From NCBI RefSeq assembly GCF_009914755.1, contig NC_060926.1: a DNA stretch of 64,000 nucleotides; one strand, given 5' to 3'. The position numbers were made by a program, and so were the translations under genes. Source of the stretch: the human T2T-CHM13v2.0 reference genome, Homo sapiens. The notes under the pieces are model-generated. The model did not search any database. It was not told where the DNA came from and saw nothing but the letters and a program-made list of their open reading frames with translations. Positions 13,700-28,338 of the stretch are shown piece by piece; the stretch's first letter is position 1, and every line of letters begins with the position of its first letter.

Positions 13700-15224
13700 A
13701 ATGTGTCCCCAGCAACTGATTCCAAAAATGACTTGCTGAAATGCACAATTCTGGCTGAGCTGGCACTGATCTTTTGATGTGGGTGGATTTCTGCTGATTT
13801 GTGGAAAGCTTCATGCCCCAACCCCCTGTGAAGTCACAGCTGGCTTTTCCAGGCCAGTTGGCTGGAGGTAAGAGTACCATCTGGGGCATTGAAAAGCAGT
13901 GAGACTAACTGGTCTACTGGGGGGATTGAATAGGCAATGTGGATCATGCTGGTGGCAGCCTCCAGTGAGTGCACTTCACTCTACCAAAATGTTCAAATAA
14001 GACCTCAGCTTACAACACATAGTTTGGGTGTTATATTAGTATTAGTGTTTGACTATTATCTTGCCTCTGACCCTGGAAAGAAGACTGATTGTATTACCAT
14101 CATTTTATATATATAGTCTAATCGTAACAATAACCTTATGAGGTGACTACTGTTTTTCTTCATCCTTATTTTAGAGACAGGGTGACATACGGGAAGGTTG
14201 TTACATAGTCTGTACATGGAAAGAGAGGATACTGGCACAGTTGCTAAGAGCCCAAGTTCTTAACCAAGACAGGCTCCTCCCTCTCTCTCAACAGTTACCT
14301 ATCACCCAAATGTGGTTTGTTTTTTTATCTGTGTTCCTTGTTTTGAAAAATACATTGTGTTAAAAATTGGTATTCTTTTGATGACCAAATCTCAAATTTA
14401 GGACTTTCCTTTTACCTGAACATTTTTTGTAAAACATCTACTCTCTTGAAGTTGTATCAGTCTATTCAAAATAGACGTGGGGCATGAATAGTCATATAGG
14501 AAGACCAAAGCCTTCTAGGGCAAGTCGTCATTGGAATGGAGGAAGTCCAGGCTTTCCATTTTCCTTGAAAGAAAGTTTTCCTTTCCAAATAGCTCTTTCC
14601 AAACTCTGCCTTTCCAAATAGCAGAAATCAGAAACTTTATGAATCAGCCTTGTATTTATGCTTCCTTAACTTCCATGAAGGCATGATTTGTTTAGTTTAA
14701 TAAGGCTTTGATTGCAGGTATCAGCACACAAACGTTGACTGAAACTGGGTTTCTTTTGGTAAAATGCAAGCTGTGTGAAATTCATGGAAAATGCAATTAC
14801 GTTCTAATTTACTCAGTGTCACTGGCTTTAATTAAAGTAGATCATATTTCTATGAAGCCAATTCATGATCCTCTTTAACAAAGGAAGTAGAAAACATAAG
14901 GAAATTTGCTATTTTTCCTTTGAATATTAACACAGAGCTGGTTACTTTTTGGCTACTTTTTTGAGAAGTAGCAGGCCACAGGTCGGCATCCCCAGGCAGA
15001 AAGGCCTGTAGGGGCCCAGCCGAGGCAGCTTGTCTGCTGCAGAAGAGCCTATCCAGGCCTGATGTGAGTGCACTGGGAAGACATCTCTATTCTTAGCCTT
15101 TACTCCGATTCTTCACCACCATCCATCTCACCTATCTCTTCTGTCTTGTATTGTCTACTTCTCAGGGTATATCAAAGGTAAAAACTGAGTTAAATGTGGA
15201 TGCAATACGCTACCCTCTTTTTAA

Positions 15225-15688
15225 TCAGATTAGAGGTGTTAGGATGGAAGCAATCAAATACTAACCAACCAGAAGCCCGAAAGTGGGCAGAACCACGGTT
15301 GTTTTAGCAAAGTCTTCAAAGACCCTGACTTTTTCTAACCTCAGCTCATAGGCTTGATCTTTAGGTTTGGCTTGTCATGGTGGCAAGATGGCTGTTGCGG
15401 TTGCAGGCATCTTATAGAGGCCAACAATATTTGATAAGGAGAAGTGTCTTCTGCCATTTATCTATCAGACAGATATCAGATTTCTCAGATTTCCCTGACT
15501 CTCTCCCTGACATATTTCATTAGCTAGATTGGGTCACCAGACTATGACATGACAGGAAGAAATGCAGAGGGACAGGGATTGGGGAGACATAGCTGGCAAG
15601 TTATTCTTGCAAAGAAAGCACCTATGGGAGGAATATGCAAGGACTAGATAATGGTTGTTGGATAAACCAATATCTGTGTCTGTCATAC
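15225..15688 (-). mobile_element. Old, diverged MaLR/ERVL LTR (MLT1/LTR33-like)
   Basis: catggtggcaagatggctgttgc...catatttcattagctagattgggtcac...tgtgtctgtcata are typical antisense old-MLT1 motifs. Confidence 0.45.
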
Positions 15689-17454
15689 CACTAATGATGT
15701 CCATCATTAGTTTTGATATGTTCATGTAGGTGTGAAACTATTAGGTAAATGAACTTATAAGTCAAGATCAGCCTCATTGACTTTGAAAACATATATGTCA
15801 GCTGGCATTTATAAATAAAGGCATAGGAAGTTCATGCAAGATAATTGTATTTACTTCTATCGAGGCTTCCTGAAAACTTTATAGTTTCTGAATCCTCAAT
15901 GTGAAATGATTCAGAAAAATTTTTAAAATAATTGGAGACAGGTAGTCATCTATAACTACATTTTTATATGCTGTAAGGGGAGGAGAGATTAAAAAGTTTT
16001 GGTCATGGGAATACTATGATGACACTTCTTAATGTGATCTCCAGTGGACTATGTAAGACAATGAATTTAAAGTGCAACAATTTATGCTAAACAAGGTTAA
16101 AATGTGGCAAAGATGGACTAGGTTTTAATGTGCTATAAGGAAATTAAAAGCCTCTGGCAATCTATAAACAATAGCCTTTGGTTTTGACTGAAGTGCCCAT
16201 TACCCACAAAAGGTTTGGTCAGTCACTGTGCTGATAACACAATGCGTAATTACTAATAGGCTCTGCATTGCTGAGGAGGAACTTTTTAAATTTTCCTCTC
16301 TTTCTTGAACTAGATCGAAGTTCCTCAGTGCTTTTTTTAACAATCATTTTAATTTGTCTGATAGTTTTTACTTCCTTTCACAACTAAATTGACTGATGAC
16401 AGTCAATAGACTTTCATTCATTAAAAGTAATAGCTTACTATATTTGCTGAGCTAAATATCTGCACATAATTTCCAGTGTAAATTTTGTGAATATATGGGT
16501 GCAATTTTACTGTTTTATTTCTGTTTTAAGTATATTACCTTCTGAAGAGTGGTATTTGGATTTTGCTGACATGCCATGGAAAACTCCTTCGGGATACCCT
16601 GTGGTCTAACAAGAATCTGGAAAAATAGAAACCGAAGGAAACCGAGTGCTCATTGGATCCTCCTTTTTCCTTTTAGGATGGATGAACTTGAGACTAAGGA
16701 AGGATTTTTGTTCCAAGGTTAAGAGTTGCATGGGGATCAGGTGGCTGCCTTTAACTGGCTCTTTCTAATGCCTTCCTTGCTTGGCATAGTGCTGTAGACA
16801 CGGCAGTCACCCAGTGTTTGCTATTTGGGTGAATGAATTATTTAAGGACATTTGTATTTTCTTTTACTCAGCTGCTAGGAAGTTATGGCAATGGTGTGGG
16901 GATCATATTGGCCACAAATCATGATGGCAAGTAGGACAGGATATCAGGGCTCCGGATCATATTTTTCTGAGGTGCTCTTAAGGGCGTATACCTAGACTCA
17001 TCTATTTAATCTGATTGCAGTTGGTTGGTGGGATGGTTGGTTCAGAGTAGGAACCACTGACATTTGGTTTAATTGCCTTGGAACAGTTATGTCCCATGTG
17101 CCTCAATGATGGCCATCTTGGATAAAACTAATAAATAAGTGGAGTGTGTGGTGTAAATCGAATGCTTTCTCTAGATTTTTTCCACATGGTACAACATGGC
17201 TAATGAAGGCATCTACTCTCTGGGGCATGTGAAAATCCAAAAGGTATGGCTTTGCGTTTACAAAAAATGCTGATGGAAGCCATTTCCCAATTCTGATTTT
17301 GTCTTAAGGCTAGACTGCTTTTAAAGCTACTATTAGCAAATAATTGTCCCTTAAGTGAAAATAGCAGGCTCTCAAAGGCAGACCATTGAATACCACAGAG
17401 TCAACAGATTAGATTATAATTTAGATTAGATTTTAGATTTTTACAACGTAGATA

Positions 17455-17650
17455 TAGATTAGAATTTCAGCTCTACCACTTATTAGTTATATCACCTTGA
17501 ACAAGTCACATATGTTCTCTGTACTTCAATTTATTAATATGTATAATGGGAATAATCATTATTATTACTTTTATCCTCTCCAGCTGGTTTTTGAAGAGTA
17601 AAACAATGCATATGAAAGTTTTGAAAACAGTGTGGTATCATGTAAATCTA
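17455..17650 (+). mobile_element. MIR SINE
   Basis: aatttcagctctaccacttattagttatatcaccttgaacaagtcac...tctctgtacttcaatttatt...ataatgggaataat is the MIR core. Other MIR fragments lie near 14100, 20560, 25850, 30110, 32200, 32480, 34540, 34830 and 50120. Confidence 0.75.
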
Positions 17651-18367
17651 AGAGATTAGTATTAACGTCTATCAGAACCATGCAGCAATAAAAAATAACA
17701 ATTATATTGGGAGGCAGTTTTCCATAGTAAGTGCCTTAGAATCATTAAAAGTATTGAAAAGGACCTAAGAAAACCTAAAATGGCAATCTCGTATTGAAGA
17801 TGAAGGAGCTGATGTTCAGTGGAGTTTCGTGATTCTCCCAGGGTTTGTGGGAAATGGCAAAAGTAAAAATCAGTGCCTTCAACTGTTCATGACATATTCC
17901 TTCTTGATCACAAGGTTTCATTAATCAGAGAGAACCTGTAGGGAAGGTGAATGGTGTAATTCCAAAGTAAAATCTAACCCGGATGAATCAACCCCATAGA
18001 AGATTACTGAATATCCATTATATGGTAAACCTGGTCCGATGGGAAATAAAAACGCTTGGCTGCTGACCTAGAGGAGCCGTTCATCTGTTTGGAAGATCAG
18101 ACATGCCCCTTGGAAAGATGAGGGATGACAAGAATGAAGTGTGAACCTCACATGAAGTACTGTTGGGTGGCGAGGCTGTGGGTGTAACAGGGAAATTGCC
18201 ACAGCCTAGCACTCAGTTTCCTCGGCTTGGTCACAAATGCAGAATCTTGGAAAATGACTTCATTCCCTGGTTTGACTGCTAAGAATCACTCAGGACGCTT
18301 GATAAATTCACAGATGGCTCACCTTTTTTTCTGTAAGGAATTACGTGGCTCTGGGTTGGAGCTTGGA

Positions 18368-18620
18368 ATCTCTCTCTTTCTCTCTCTACTTCTCTCTCTC
18401 TCTCCCCCGTCCTGTTTCTCCCTATTTCTTTGTCTCTGCCTCTTTCTCTATCTCTCTTCCCTCTCTCTGTTTCCCTCTCTTTCTTTGTCTCTGTCTCTCT
18501 CTCAATCTCTCTTCCCTCTCTCTGTTTCCCCCTCTTTCTCTGTCTCTGTCTCTTTCTCTCTCTCCCCCCTTCCTTTTTTGCTCTCTCTCCCAGCCAGCCC
18601 CCTTTCTCTCTTTCTCTCTT
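18368..18620. repeat. CT-rich low-complexity polypyrimidine tract
   Basis: About 250 bp, almost purely C/T with degenerate (CT)n/(CTGT)n; it accounts for four spurious ORFs in the track. Confidence 0.95.
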
Positions 18621-21600
18621 TGCCCAACATAATTTCTACTTTCAAGCAAGATTAGGAAACACTTCTTTAACTGATATCATCAGACTGAATCTACTTTTTT
18701 TCTTGCTGAAAATTGGAGGGTTGAAGTAGACCAGCAGTCATTTTCAAGCTGTTTCCAGAGTTGATCTGTTTTACGTATTGGTTTTCCACATATGCATTAC
18801 TCTGTGGAAATTGACCCAAGATTTTGATCCATGCTTGGCAGAGGGCTGTGGATACAGTCCACACTCAATAAATGTCTGCTATTTAAGTTAGTGAATTATA
18901 GATAATTATGTAGTTATAGTATAGGTATCGCCATAGGTACCTATGCAAAAGTGTGTGTGTGCGCATGTGCATATGTGTGTGAATAGATAATACAGTCCCT
19001 GCCGTTGGGTGGCTTACATGACACTGGAGAGTGAAGACATATGCTGTGAGTGGTTGGCAGAGGCAAGGAGAATATTTCTGTTAGTTTCCTGAGCAGACTG
19101 CAGAGTCAGCTTATCACCTCCTGGAACCTTCCCTCATCCAGGAAGGCAAAGCCCTGCACTACGCCTACAAAAACCAAAGCAAAACTCATCAGCTTCAAAT
19201 GGAACCGTCTCACTTCTGCTGTCTCTGAGGGTGATATGGTGTGGGTCCCACCACCTCCTTTCCTCTGGGGATAAGTTCATCCAGTCTCCGGTCATCTTTC
19301 ACTTGTGAAAAGAACAGGGAGAGGCTTAATTCATGACTGCTGCCTACTTTCTGCTTATTCACTGGCTGATTTCATTAAGCCCTTTAGAAGCCAGTCGTTG
19401 GGCTTTGCCTCATTCAGCTCCCAAGCATTTCGTTCTTTTCTTATTTTCTGCAGTTTATGGAGAAACCGGGTCGTCCTTACACCCTTCCTGAAAGAAAACA
19501 GCTTAATGAAGCAGACAAGTGCTAAACAATGCAGAAACACATATTACAGGTTTAAGAATGACCAGAATGGGCTGCAGAAGTGATGAAAGGGCAAGGAAGA
19601 ACATCTTCAGCTTGTCCTTAAAGAGGATGGAGAACATTTGAATTGTTAGTGGTGCAGAAAAAAAAAAAAAAATACTCCAGGCCTGATGTGAAAGAAGGCC
19701 TGGAGACATTAATAACACATGGTATTCAACAGGAATTTTCCAGAAACTGGTCTAGGCATCACTGGGCTAAAATATTACTTCTGAAGGTCTGCAGAATGCT
19801 AGTGAACAATCGTTTCTCAAATCTGACTTTCCTATTTCTTGTTCAGTATGTATTCCCTTGCCCTGCTTTCCTTCCTATTTTTGTGACAAATGTACTTATA
19901 ATAGGTCTTAAAAAGGGCTTTGAAGACTGACAGTGAAACAAGCACTTGTGAAATAACCACCCAGAGAAGGCAAAATCTGATTTCACTAGGATGTTACTGG
20001 ATTCCTCTTCCATTAGATGTTTTCACAGGTCCTATGGCAATATGGGGCTTGTGATGGTGGCTACCTTATCCGTCTCTCTAGTTTAGTAAAGAAATTGTCT
20101 GAGGGAAAACAGGGTACAGATTCTTAGGACTGGCCACATTCATTTGCATTTGGGCCCTGACCAAGCCCCCAGCACAGCCCAGCAGGGGCTGTGATCCTCC
20201 TGTACACTGTGAGATAGATGCTTTTGAAATAGGCTAGAAAGGCAAGGAAGCAGGGTTGCTGCTGTTCACAAGCTCCCCTCTCTTCTGCCTCTCACATCCA
20301 TCCCTATAGTTTTGGCTTAGAACCAGCCACACTGTGAGACTAATCCTTAACTTCAGCAGGAAACGTCACTGAGCGAAGTCTTGGTGGCATGTCATGTTCC
20401 TTTTTGAGCTTTATGCCCCAGATCTATGTCCAGACACTGTTTCCATATTTACCGATGTCTGCCCTGCATTTCTGATTGAAGTTATGCAGAGTATCTAGGC
20501 CCAGGTGCCATCTTTGACTCAGAACCATACCCTTGGGACTGGATTAAGTGCTTACACACCTTGCCTCATTAGATCCTCATCATAATCTAAGATACTTTTT
20601 GTCCCCATTTTACCAGTGAAGACATTGAATAACAGAGTCCTTAAAAGAATTTCCCAAATGCATGAATCAAGAAAGTAGCGGTCCGGGGTTCGCAACCAAA
20701 TATAACTTCATATTCTTTATAAAATATGCTCTCTATTAGAATATATCCTCATTTTTTTCCAAACATAGTTTACTAAATATTTTCTCGTATATAGTACAAA
20801 GGTTGAAGTTGTGTGAAGACATTGGTATTTGCTTCCCTACCCAAAGTTCTTGAGAACCAAATTCTGTTGCATCAAAGAGACCTGGTCAAATTGTGAATAT
20901 TTAAATCCATTACCTAAATGTACAGCGTTGCCATGCATTGCTTTTCCCAGGGGTTGAGCGAGGTTACCCCTCCCCTTCCTCTTCCTCTGAATAAATATGC
21001 AATCTTTGAGAGTCCTCAAAGACCCCTGTCAAGCTTTGGACATCAGCAGGAGAGTTTTAGAAACATGTCGAGGTCACTGATAGCTTTGCGGAGGAAGTTG
21101 AGCAGGAGAATGAATAGACTTGGAAGGCACACGGAGGAGCTGAGAGTGGAGCAGGGGCCAAGGCAGAGGGGAAGATTTAGCATGGCCTATTCAAGGGACA
21201 ATCGGTGCTGATTTGCCAGCTTGGAAGAGAACACCAGTACCATTTTAGACATTTAACAAAATGTTTTTGGAAAGAACATCAGTGAACCAGTTTGGATGAG
21301 AACCAAATCTAGGTTTTGTCTGAAACGATTGAAGTACAGCAAATCTGGGGCATCAAAATCTTAGAATTTTATATCTGGTGTCATTTGGCCCAAATGACAT
21401 TTTACAGCAGAGGAAGATGTGTTAAGTGTGAAGTTAGTTACTCTGTGTCATTCGAGGTGACAAGTCTGGGCTCAATCACAGGCTCCGGCTCTCAAGTCCA
21501 TTGCTGGCTCCACTGCACCGTGGAGCCTTCCCCAAATGGGATCTGAGCAACACTGATGGTGTCCTCAGTCTGGGGACCTACGAAGATTACAGTGACAAGG

Positions 21601-22669
21601 ACTATCTCTGATGCAGAGATTTCAATGGGACTGTAGACAGCTCTTGGATATGGATAGATTAGTTTTACCAGTCATTTGGCCGCCCACATGGATGTCAGTA
21701 ACTCATGGAGCTGATCATTCCATCTCATGCAAGGAAGGCATCTCTAAGGCACACATGCAACCTCTGCCATCCTGTGCATAGAGCAGATGTCACTATCTAG
21801 ATACCACAGCCTCCTCCTACTGGTCCCAGGTGGCAAGAGAATGGTTCTCATCAGACTCCTTCATGAAGCTGGCTTTAATCAATTGGAGTTGGCATGTGAG
21901 ATGAAACCCATTTGCCATTTCTGCTCTAGTGCCTGGTGCTGAAATTAGAGATATCTTTCTAATTTTCTTCAGGCCAATTCTTAATGCTTTGTGGCACCAT
22001 CCCTAATCTCTGCAGCCTGCTACAATGGAAATTTTTGTGTAAGGCAAAATGATATCCACACACAGGCCAATAATACCCCACATGATAGAAAGCCCAGGGA
22101 GGCAAAGGCTATTGTACTTTTCTGCAGAATGGGAATACCGAAGCACCTGGTTCACTTTTGTAAAGAATAAAAGCAATAATGATTGGAAAGTGCTTAGTAC
22201 TATAACTCGCACTCAGCCATCTATCTCTATAAATGTTAGCTCCTCCCTCTCTTGCCTGATATAAACATTTCCCCATACTCCTATATAGATTTTTGCCCTG
22301 TGTAGAGTTGTGCTGTTTCTGCTCCTGCTTCTTTGCCTACATTTTTACCTTTCTTCTGTGTTTTTCCCCTCTTTTTTCTGAAAAGAAAAATGAGGCAAGG
22401 TATTATAAAATTTGCAAAACTCAAATCTAAAGCATGGTGTCTGGTTAATAGTGGGAGCTCAGCATCACAAGTGTTAGATTGGGTGGATGGTTATAGACAT
22501 AGAGGGTTTAAAATGACTGTTTTAAAGCACTGCCATTGCATGACCCCCTCCTCTCCCTAATGATCCTCCCCATAGAGTGAAAGTTAAGGGGAATCCTCAA
22601 GGGGAGATCTTCTCTGGCCCATCTTCTGCTTCTCTTTGCTCTAAATCTCTTACCTCCAACTCCTACCAT

Positions 22670-22900
22670 TCTCTCTCTCTCTCTCTCTCTGTCTTGATCC
22701 CTCTCCCCTAATCCCTCTCCCAATCCCCTTTATTTCTTCTTAGGTTACTTTCTTCTTTATTCTCTCCTCCATCCATTCTGCTTTGCCCTTTCTTTCCCTC
22801 CCTCCCTCCCTCCCTCCCTCCCTCCCTCCCTTCCTTCCTTCCTTCCTTCCTTCCTTCCTTCCTCACTCCCTCCCTTTCGTCTTTCCTTCCTTCCTCCCCA
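22670..22900. repeat. (CT)n plus compound (CCCT)n(CCTT)n simple repeat
   Basis: Seen directly at 22670-22690 and 22790-22895. Confidence 0.93.
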
Positions 22901-25229
22901 GCTTCCCTTGTCTACCAACTCATGGCCTACCCTTCTTTTCCCGTTTCCCTCAGGGCTTGATTAAATCATGGCTGTCTGATTTAATCTCAACTACCCTTGT
23001 TCTGTTCTTTCTCTTGCCTTCCAGCAGTCACATCTAAACCTGAAGAGAAACTTGGAGAAAGAGAATGGACTGGATGAAGCAGCTAAACAAGCTTAAGAAA
23101 ACCACATGGGGAGGAGGAGGTGTAGGAATGGGAACTCTGTTCTGTGTTTCCTTCAGCTCTTCTCCTTTAAATACGGCTCTTAGTCACAAGTGTGGGTTGT
23201 TGCTATGATTCATCAGTGTTGTTTTCTCAGACAAAAGACAGGAAACATTTTTGGAGAAAACTGAAATGAGGACTAGGTTGCATTCTTTGACAAGGCTGAC
23301 CTTGCAAGTTAGTCAGGTAAACAGATGTTTGCATTGTGATTAGGGAGCCCTGAACAGAAGTGTCTGTCCCCAAATCAACTTTATAGCCAGTCTTTATCAT
23401 AATGATTTACTATTTTAGATCAAAAGGTTTTTTTTTGTTTTGTATAGGACCTGCAAACAATAGATTGTTAAATTTTAGCTGCATATATGTTTGTTATTCC
23501 CTATACACCTTAGCTTGCTGTCCCTGTAGAGAGAGGAACTCCAGCTATGCCTTTTGGGGCAGAAGAATATGCTATGAAGAATAGATAGGGAAACTGACAT
23601 GAAAGTGGTTAACACTATGGACTGACTACTAGTTTCATAATGATCAGCCTTTCCCTCCAACCATCTAACATGACAGATGTGGAAATCTGTATGGCCAGGT
23701 GTGCATGTAAAAGCTAGGACATAGCCAAGTGTATGGACACGCACAGTTATTTGGAAGAGATTCAACCCAGGTTGTTTAAATATTTGACTCCATACCCTAG
23801 CCCCTTCTTCCTGCCCCTGAAGAAGGAGAATAGAAAATGAAGTAGAGATCTGTGACTGCAAATTAGCAGTTAGGATGGTTGTCTTGCTGGAGTGATTTGA
23901 AAAGGAGATTGCACCTGAGGGAGACAGAGTCAAGACACTAATGCCAAATGTGTCATTTTGACCATTTACTGAAGTGCAACTCTCTGGAACTCTGGGCTAT
24001 CAATTAGTGTAGGATTTGCAGGGATCATTAGCCTAAAGAGGGACATTTTTACTTGGAGTACAGGGGGCAGCTATTCTTAGCTCAGTATGATCTCTGTGGG
24101 AGAGTTCTTACTGGTCACAAATCTCTAAAGTCATTGATTTCCTAAAATATCAATTATATTCACTGACATGTTTTGCAAACTTTTGGACAGGCGATTGTCA
24201 TGGCTCACTCTGCTCAGTGGTTTTGATAAAATATGCTGATGAAAGTCATCAGATTCTTCTCGGGGGCAATGATCAAGAAGATAGGTTTTTGGGGAAAAGA
24301 AGAAATTTAGGAAGCTACAGGAAAAGCAAATCATGCCTCAGGGTATCAGCCACTGGCAGAAGTTGTGATTGGGTTTGAAATGTTTTTGACAATGCAAAGG
24401 CCAGAGCCAGTCAGGCTGTGAAAACCGAAGCCTGGTGCTCTAATGGTGGAAAGGAATTTAACTGCAATTACTCCAAATGTGATTTTGCTCATTTGAGTGA
24501 TCAGTGTTAGAGAATCCTCAGCTTGGTACTATGAGAGGCACTTAACCTCTAATGGGAGTCAGCACAGCTGAGGGCTTTGGGAGGATTGACACAGCCAGCC
24601 TCTGTGAGCTCAGTCTAGTCCCTATCCTCTCTGGGCCACAGCTTTCCAAAGAACAACATCAGAATAATAACATCTGCCCCTCTGCCACGCATGGGTGTTT
24701 TCAAAGCAACGTAAGTTAAAAGACGGATAAATAATGGGCCAATGTAAAGCACAGTTTGTATAACTTTAGCCAACTCTAAACACCAGAAATTTACCCAAAA
24801 AACAGTGCCAATTAAACCCACAAAGATCAGAAGTCCAAGTAGCAGCGACAATGTGCCAAGTACAAATGGTTTCCTGTTTATATTTTTCTTCTCTATAAGC
24901 TCAGGGAGTCCTGAGATTGTGTCTTTTGATATTTTATCTGTTCCATCTATATGACCCCGGAAACGATTCCAAAATTACTGATCCATGGGTAGATCAGTCT
25001 TAGACCAGGTTTGGGAGTCGTCACCAGGCCATTTTCAAGTGGAAAAGGAGAATGTCTTAAAGTCCATTCACACACTACCTTAACATTATGCTTTGCTCCT
25101 GGATATTGCCTACAAATGGAAATAGATGTGCTAGCCTCTTCTGTAATGCAATCCATGGATGGGGATATAAGACAGCATAAATAACATCATATGATCTACA
25201 CTTCAAAGAAAGTATGAAGCTTCTTTTAG

Positions 25230-25642
25230 GTATTGTCAGTTCATGCCAAGATATGATTCTAAGATGGAATTAAATGTACAAGAGATCTTGGGAAACACAC
25301 CTGTAAATGATGATGGGAGTAGACATGATGTTTGGGAGAGCCTCAGACCATGATGCAAGCCTAACATCTGTGGATGGACAGAAAGAAAGAAGGATTATAT
25401 AGGAAGGGCCTTGAATTGCAGTCCTGGCTGTCTCAGTCAGGCTGATGGGAAGGCCCTGAACAAAGTCTATTACAGGGGTCCCGCATTAAGCAGGAATTAC
25501 CACTGTAGCCTCCATGCTCAGTAGCCTCTGTAAATACCATGGCAGCTTCAAAGGAGTAGCGAGTTAAAGCTGTCAGTCAACTGCTCTTCACAGCAGGTTG
25601 TCTTGCAGGGAGAGATGAGTAAGACACCTTCATGGTCATCAC
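25230..25642 (-). mobile_element. LTR16-family ERVL solo LTR
   Basis: gggagagcctcagaccatgatgcaagcctaacatctgtgga...aaagctgtcagtcaactgctcttcacagcaggtt...gagatgagt are LTR16C/E-like motifs. Confidence 0.65.
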
Positions 25643-27194
25643 GGGTGTTACTGATACCTCCTATCCTGCACTTCTCAGCCCTATGTTGGAATCCCTAGAC
25701 ACCTCTAGGGCCAGGTGGCTTTGCTGTATGGCCAGGCTATCTACTGTTGGTTCAGTTACCCAATTAACTCAGCAGTCACCAATATTCTAGGCACCAATCA
25801 CCACTGTTAGTGAATTTTTGCTACATGTCAGATGCCAAGCTAACTGGTACGCATATAAGATCATCTCATCCTTAACTACAACTCTATAATGGAACTCCTG
25901 TGAAAATCCCCATTTGACAGATGAAACTCACAGCATAAATCACTTGTTCTGATCCACATAACTGGTAAGTGATGGAAATTCCTTTGGAACCTGGATCGGC
26001 CTGGTCACCTGGCTACTCTACTGTGCTTCTGCCCATCTAGTGCAAGTCTGCAAGTCTCCCAAGTAATCTGGGAGTGCAAGTAACCTCAGAACTATGCTAA
26101 GTCCTGGGGATTTTGTGATTATGATGAGAGTCAGAACTGAAATCTAAATAAAAAATTATGATACAGGTCAGTGTGGGAATTGCTCAGAGCACTGAGATAA
26201 ACTGGAGCTCAGTCTTGCAGGATGAGAGGGGATTACTAACCTGATCAAAAGAAGAAGAGAAATTGAGGCAGACCAAAGTGCATTTGCCAAATCACGGTGG
26301 TGCCAAAGAGAACCTATAACCCTTTCACCTGCTCACAATTTTTCCATTCAGTGTTCTAGTCAAGCTCTGCTGTTTTAAGATAAGATCTACTTGCCTGGAA
26401 AGCTTATGTTTATTAAAGCAGCCATTTAAAACCATTATGTTACATAGAGATCAGTTACAAGGTGTAGTTCAAGTAATTACTACAAATAATTAAAGCCCTA
26501 GAATTTCTGCAGGCTTTACTGTTTCTCTAAATTGGAGCACATTCAAGGTAATTCCCATTATAGAGCAGTCTGTCACGTATTCCAACTATTTTTCATGAGT
26601 GGGAGAAAAAGAGATAGAGTTACAACTATTGCTCCAGGAGCTGCAGTTGGGAGTATGTCTCCCACTCTCCTACATGAATATCATCTGCCATTTGTATATC
26701 AGTGAGAGAAAATGTTTGAAAATCACTTTAGTAAAAAGATGCAAGTTATGTATACATAAAACATACCTGTCAAAGTAGAGAAAGATTAAACGACAGGGAA
26801 CACAGTCAACCTGCGATGGTGGTTGTATCTGAATGCGGGAGGTGGCTAGAACCTAGAATGAGAATAGAGAATACTTTAACTCAAAACAGGTATATAAGTA
26901 AACAGCAAATCTGCTTTGAAGACTGTGTTTGTTATTTCTTGTACTCTTTTTTTTTTAATTTTCTGATATAAAGTTGCTTTTTAAAATGTTAATGGAAAAA
27001 GAAAAAAAAGAATTCATGAAGCCCAGATAAATAGGGGATGGAAATAGAAATGAGGCTTACAACAAGAGTAGGCCAACTCTAAGAAAATATATTAATTCGC
27101 CTTGTGATTAAAAAGAATAATACTGAATCTATATATGAGAGAAAATGTCACAGCTATACCAAAAAAAAAAAGAGAAGAATTGATAAAATCCAAA

Positions 27195-27665
27195 AAAGCA
27201 TATGGTTTAGTTCATTTTATTGTACCAATGTCAATTTCCTGTTTTTTTGTTTGTTTGTTTGTTTGTTTTGAGACAGAGTCTGTCTCTGTCGCCCAGGTTG
27301 GAGTGCAGTGGCGTAATCTCCACTCACTGTAACCTCCACACCCCTGGGTTCAAGCAATTCTCATTCCTCAGCCTCCAGAGTAGCCAGGACTATTGGCGTG
27401 CACCACCACACCTGGCTAATTTTTGTATATTTAGTAGACACGAGATTTCACTGTGTTAGCCAGGCTGGTCTCGAACTCCTGGCCTCAAGTGATCTGCCCG
27501 CCTTGGCCTCCCAAAGTGCTGGGATTACAGGCATAAGCCACTGTACTATGGTCATGTAAGACATTATCATTGAGGAAAGCTGGGTGGAAACATACACAGA
27601 AACTCACTGTACTATTGTAACAACTTATAGGTCTCCTACTATTTCAAAATTAAAAGTTTATAAAA
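27195..27665 (+). mobile_element. L1MD/ME 3'-end fragment interrupted by an Alu
   Basis: attgtaccaatgtcaatttcctg [Alu] tgtactatggtcatgtaagacattatcattgaggaaagctgggtgg...aaaattaaaagttta. Confidence 0.65.
27242..27544 (-). mobile_element. AluS with (GTTT)n tail; last ~10 nt of the 5' end missing
   Basis: The antisense Alu body ends gcataagccactgt and runs directly into L1 sequence. Confidence 0.93.
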
Positions 27666-27904
27666 TGGTAATGACGGTATAAAATTCTATCTATTTCTAA
27701 GAGATTTTTGTTCTTAGAGGGGATTTTTATCATCACTGCACTAGAACCTAGAATGAGGATAGAAAATTTACTAAAGAGCATAGCTCTCTAATAGTGACAA
27801 ATCAGGTAGGGGGTAGAATCTTCCAAGACAGCCCACAGATTCCATGGCTCTGATTTTTTTCCACCCACCCCAAATTCTAAGCCTCACCATGTGTTCAATT
27901 ATTA

Positions 27905-28338
<434 letters not shown>

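Noticed and set aside
18227-18729. Overlapping 75-142 aa Leu/Ser-rich or Arg/Glu-rich ORFs
   Set aside because: They are artefacts of the CT low-complexity tract, which lacks stop codons.
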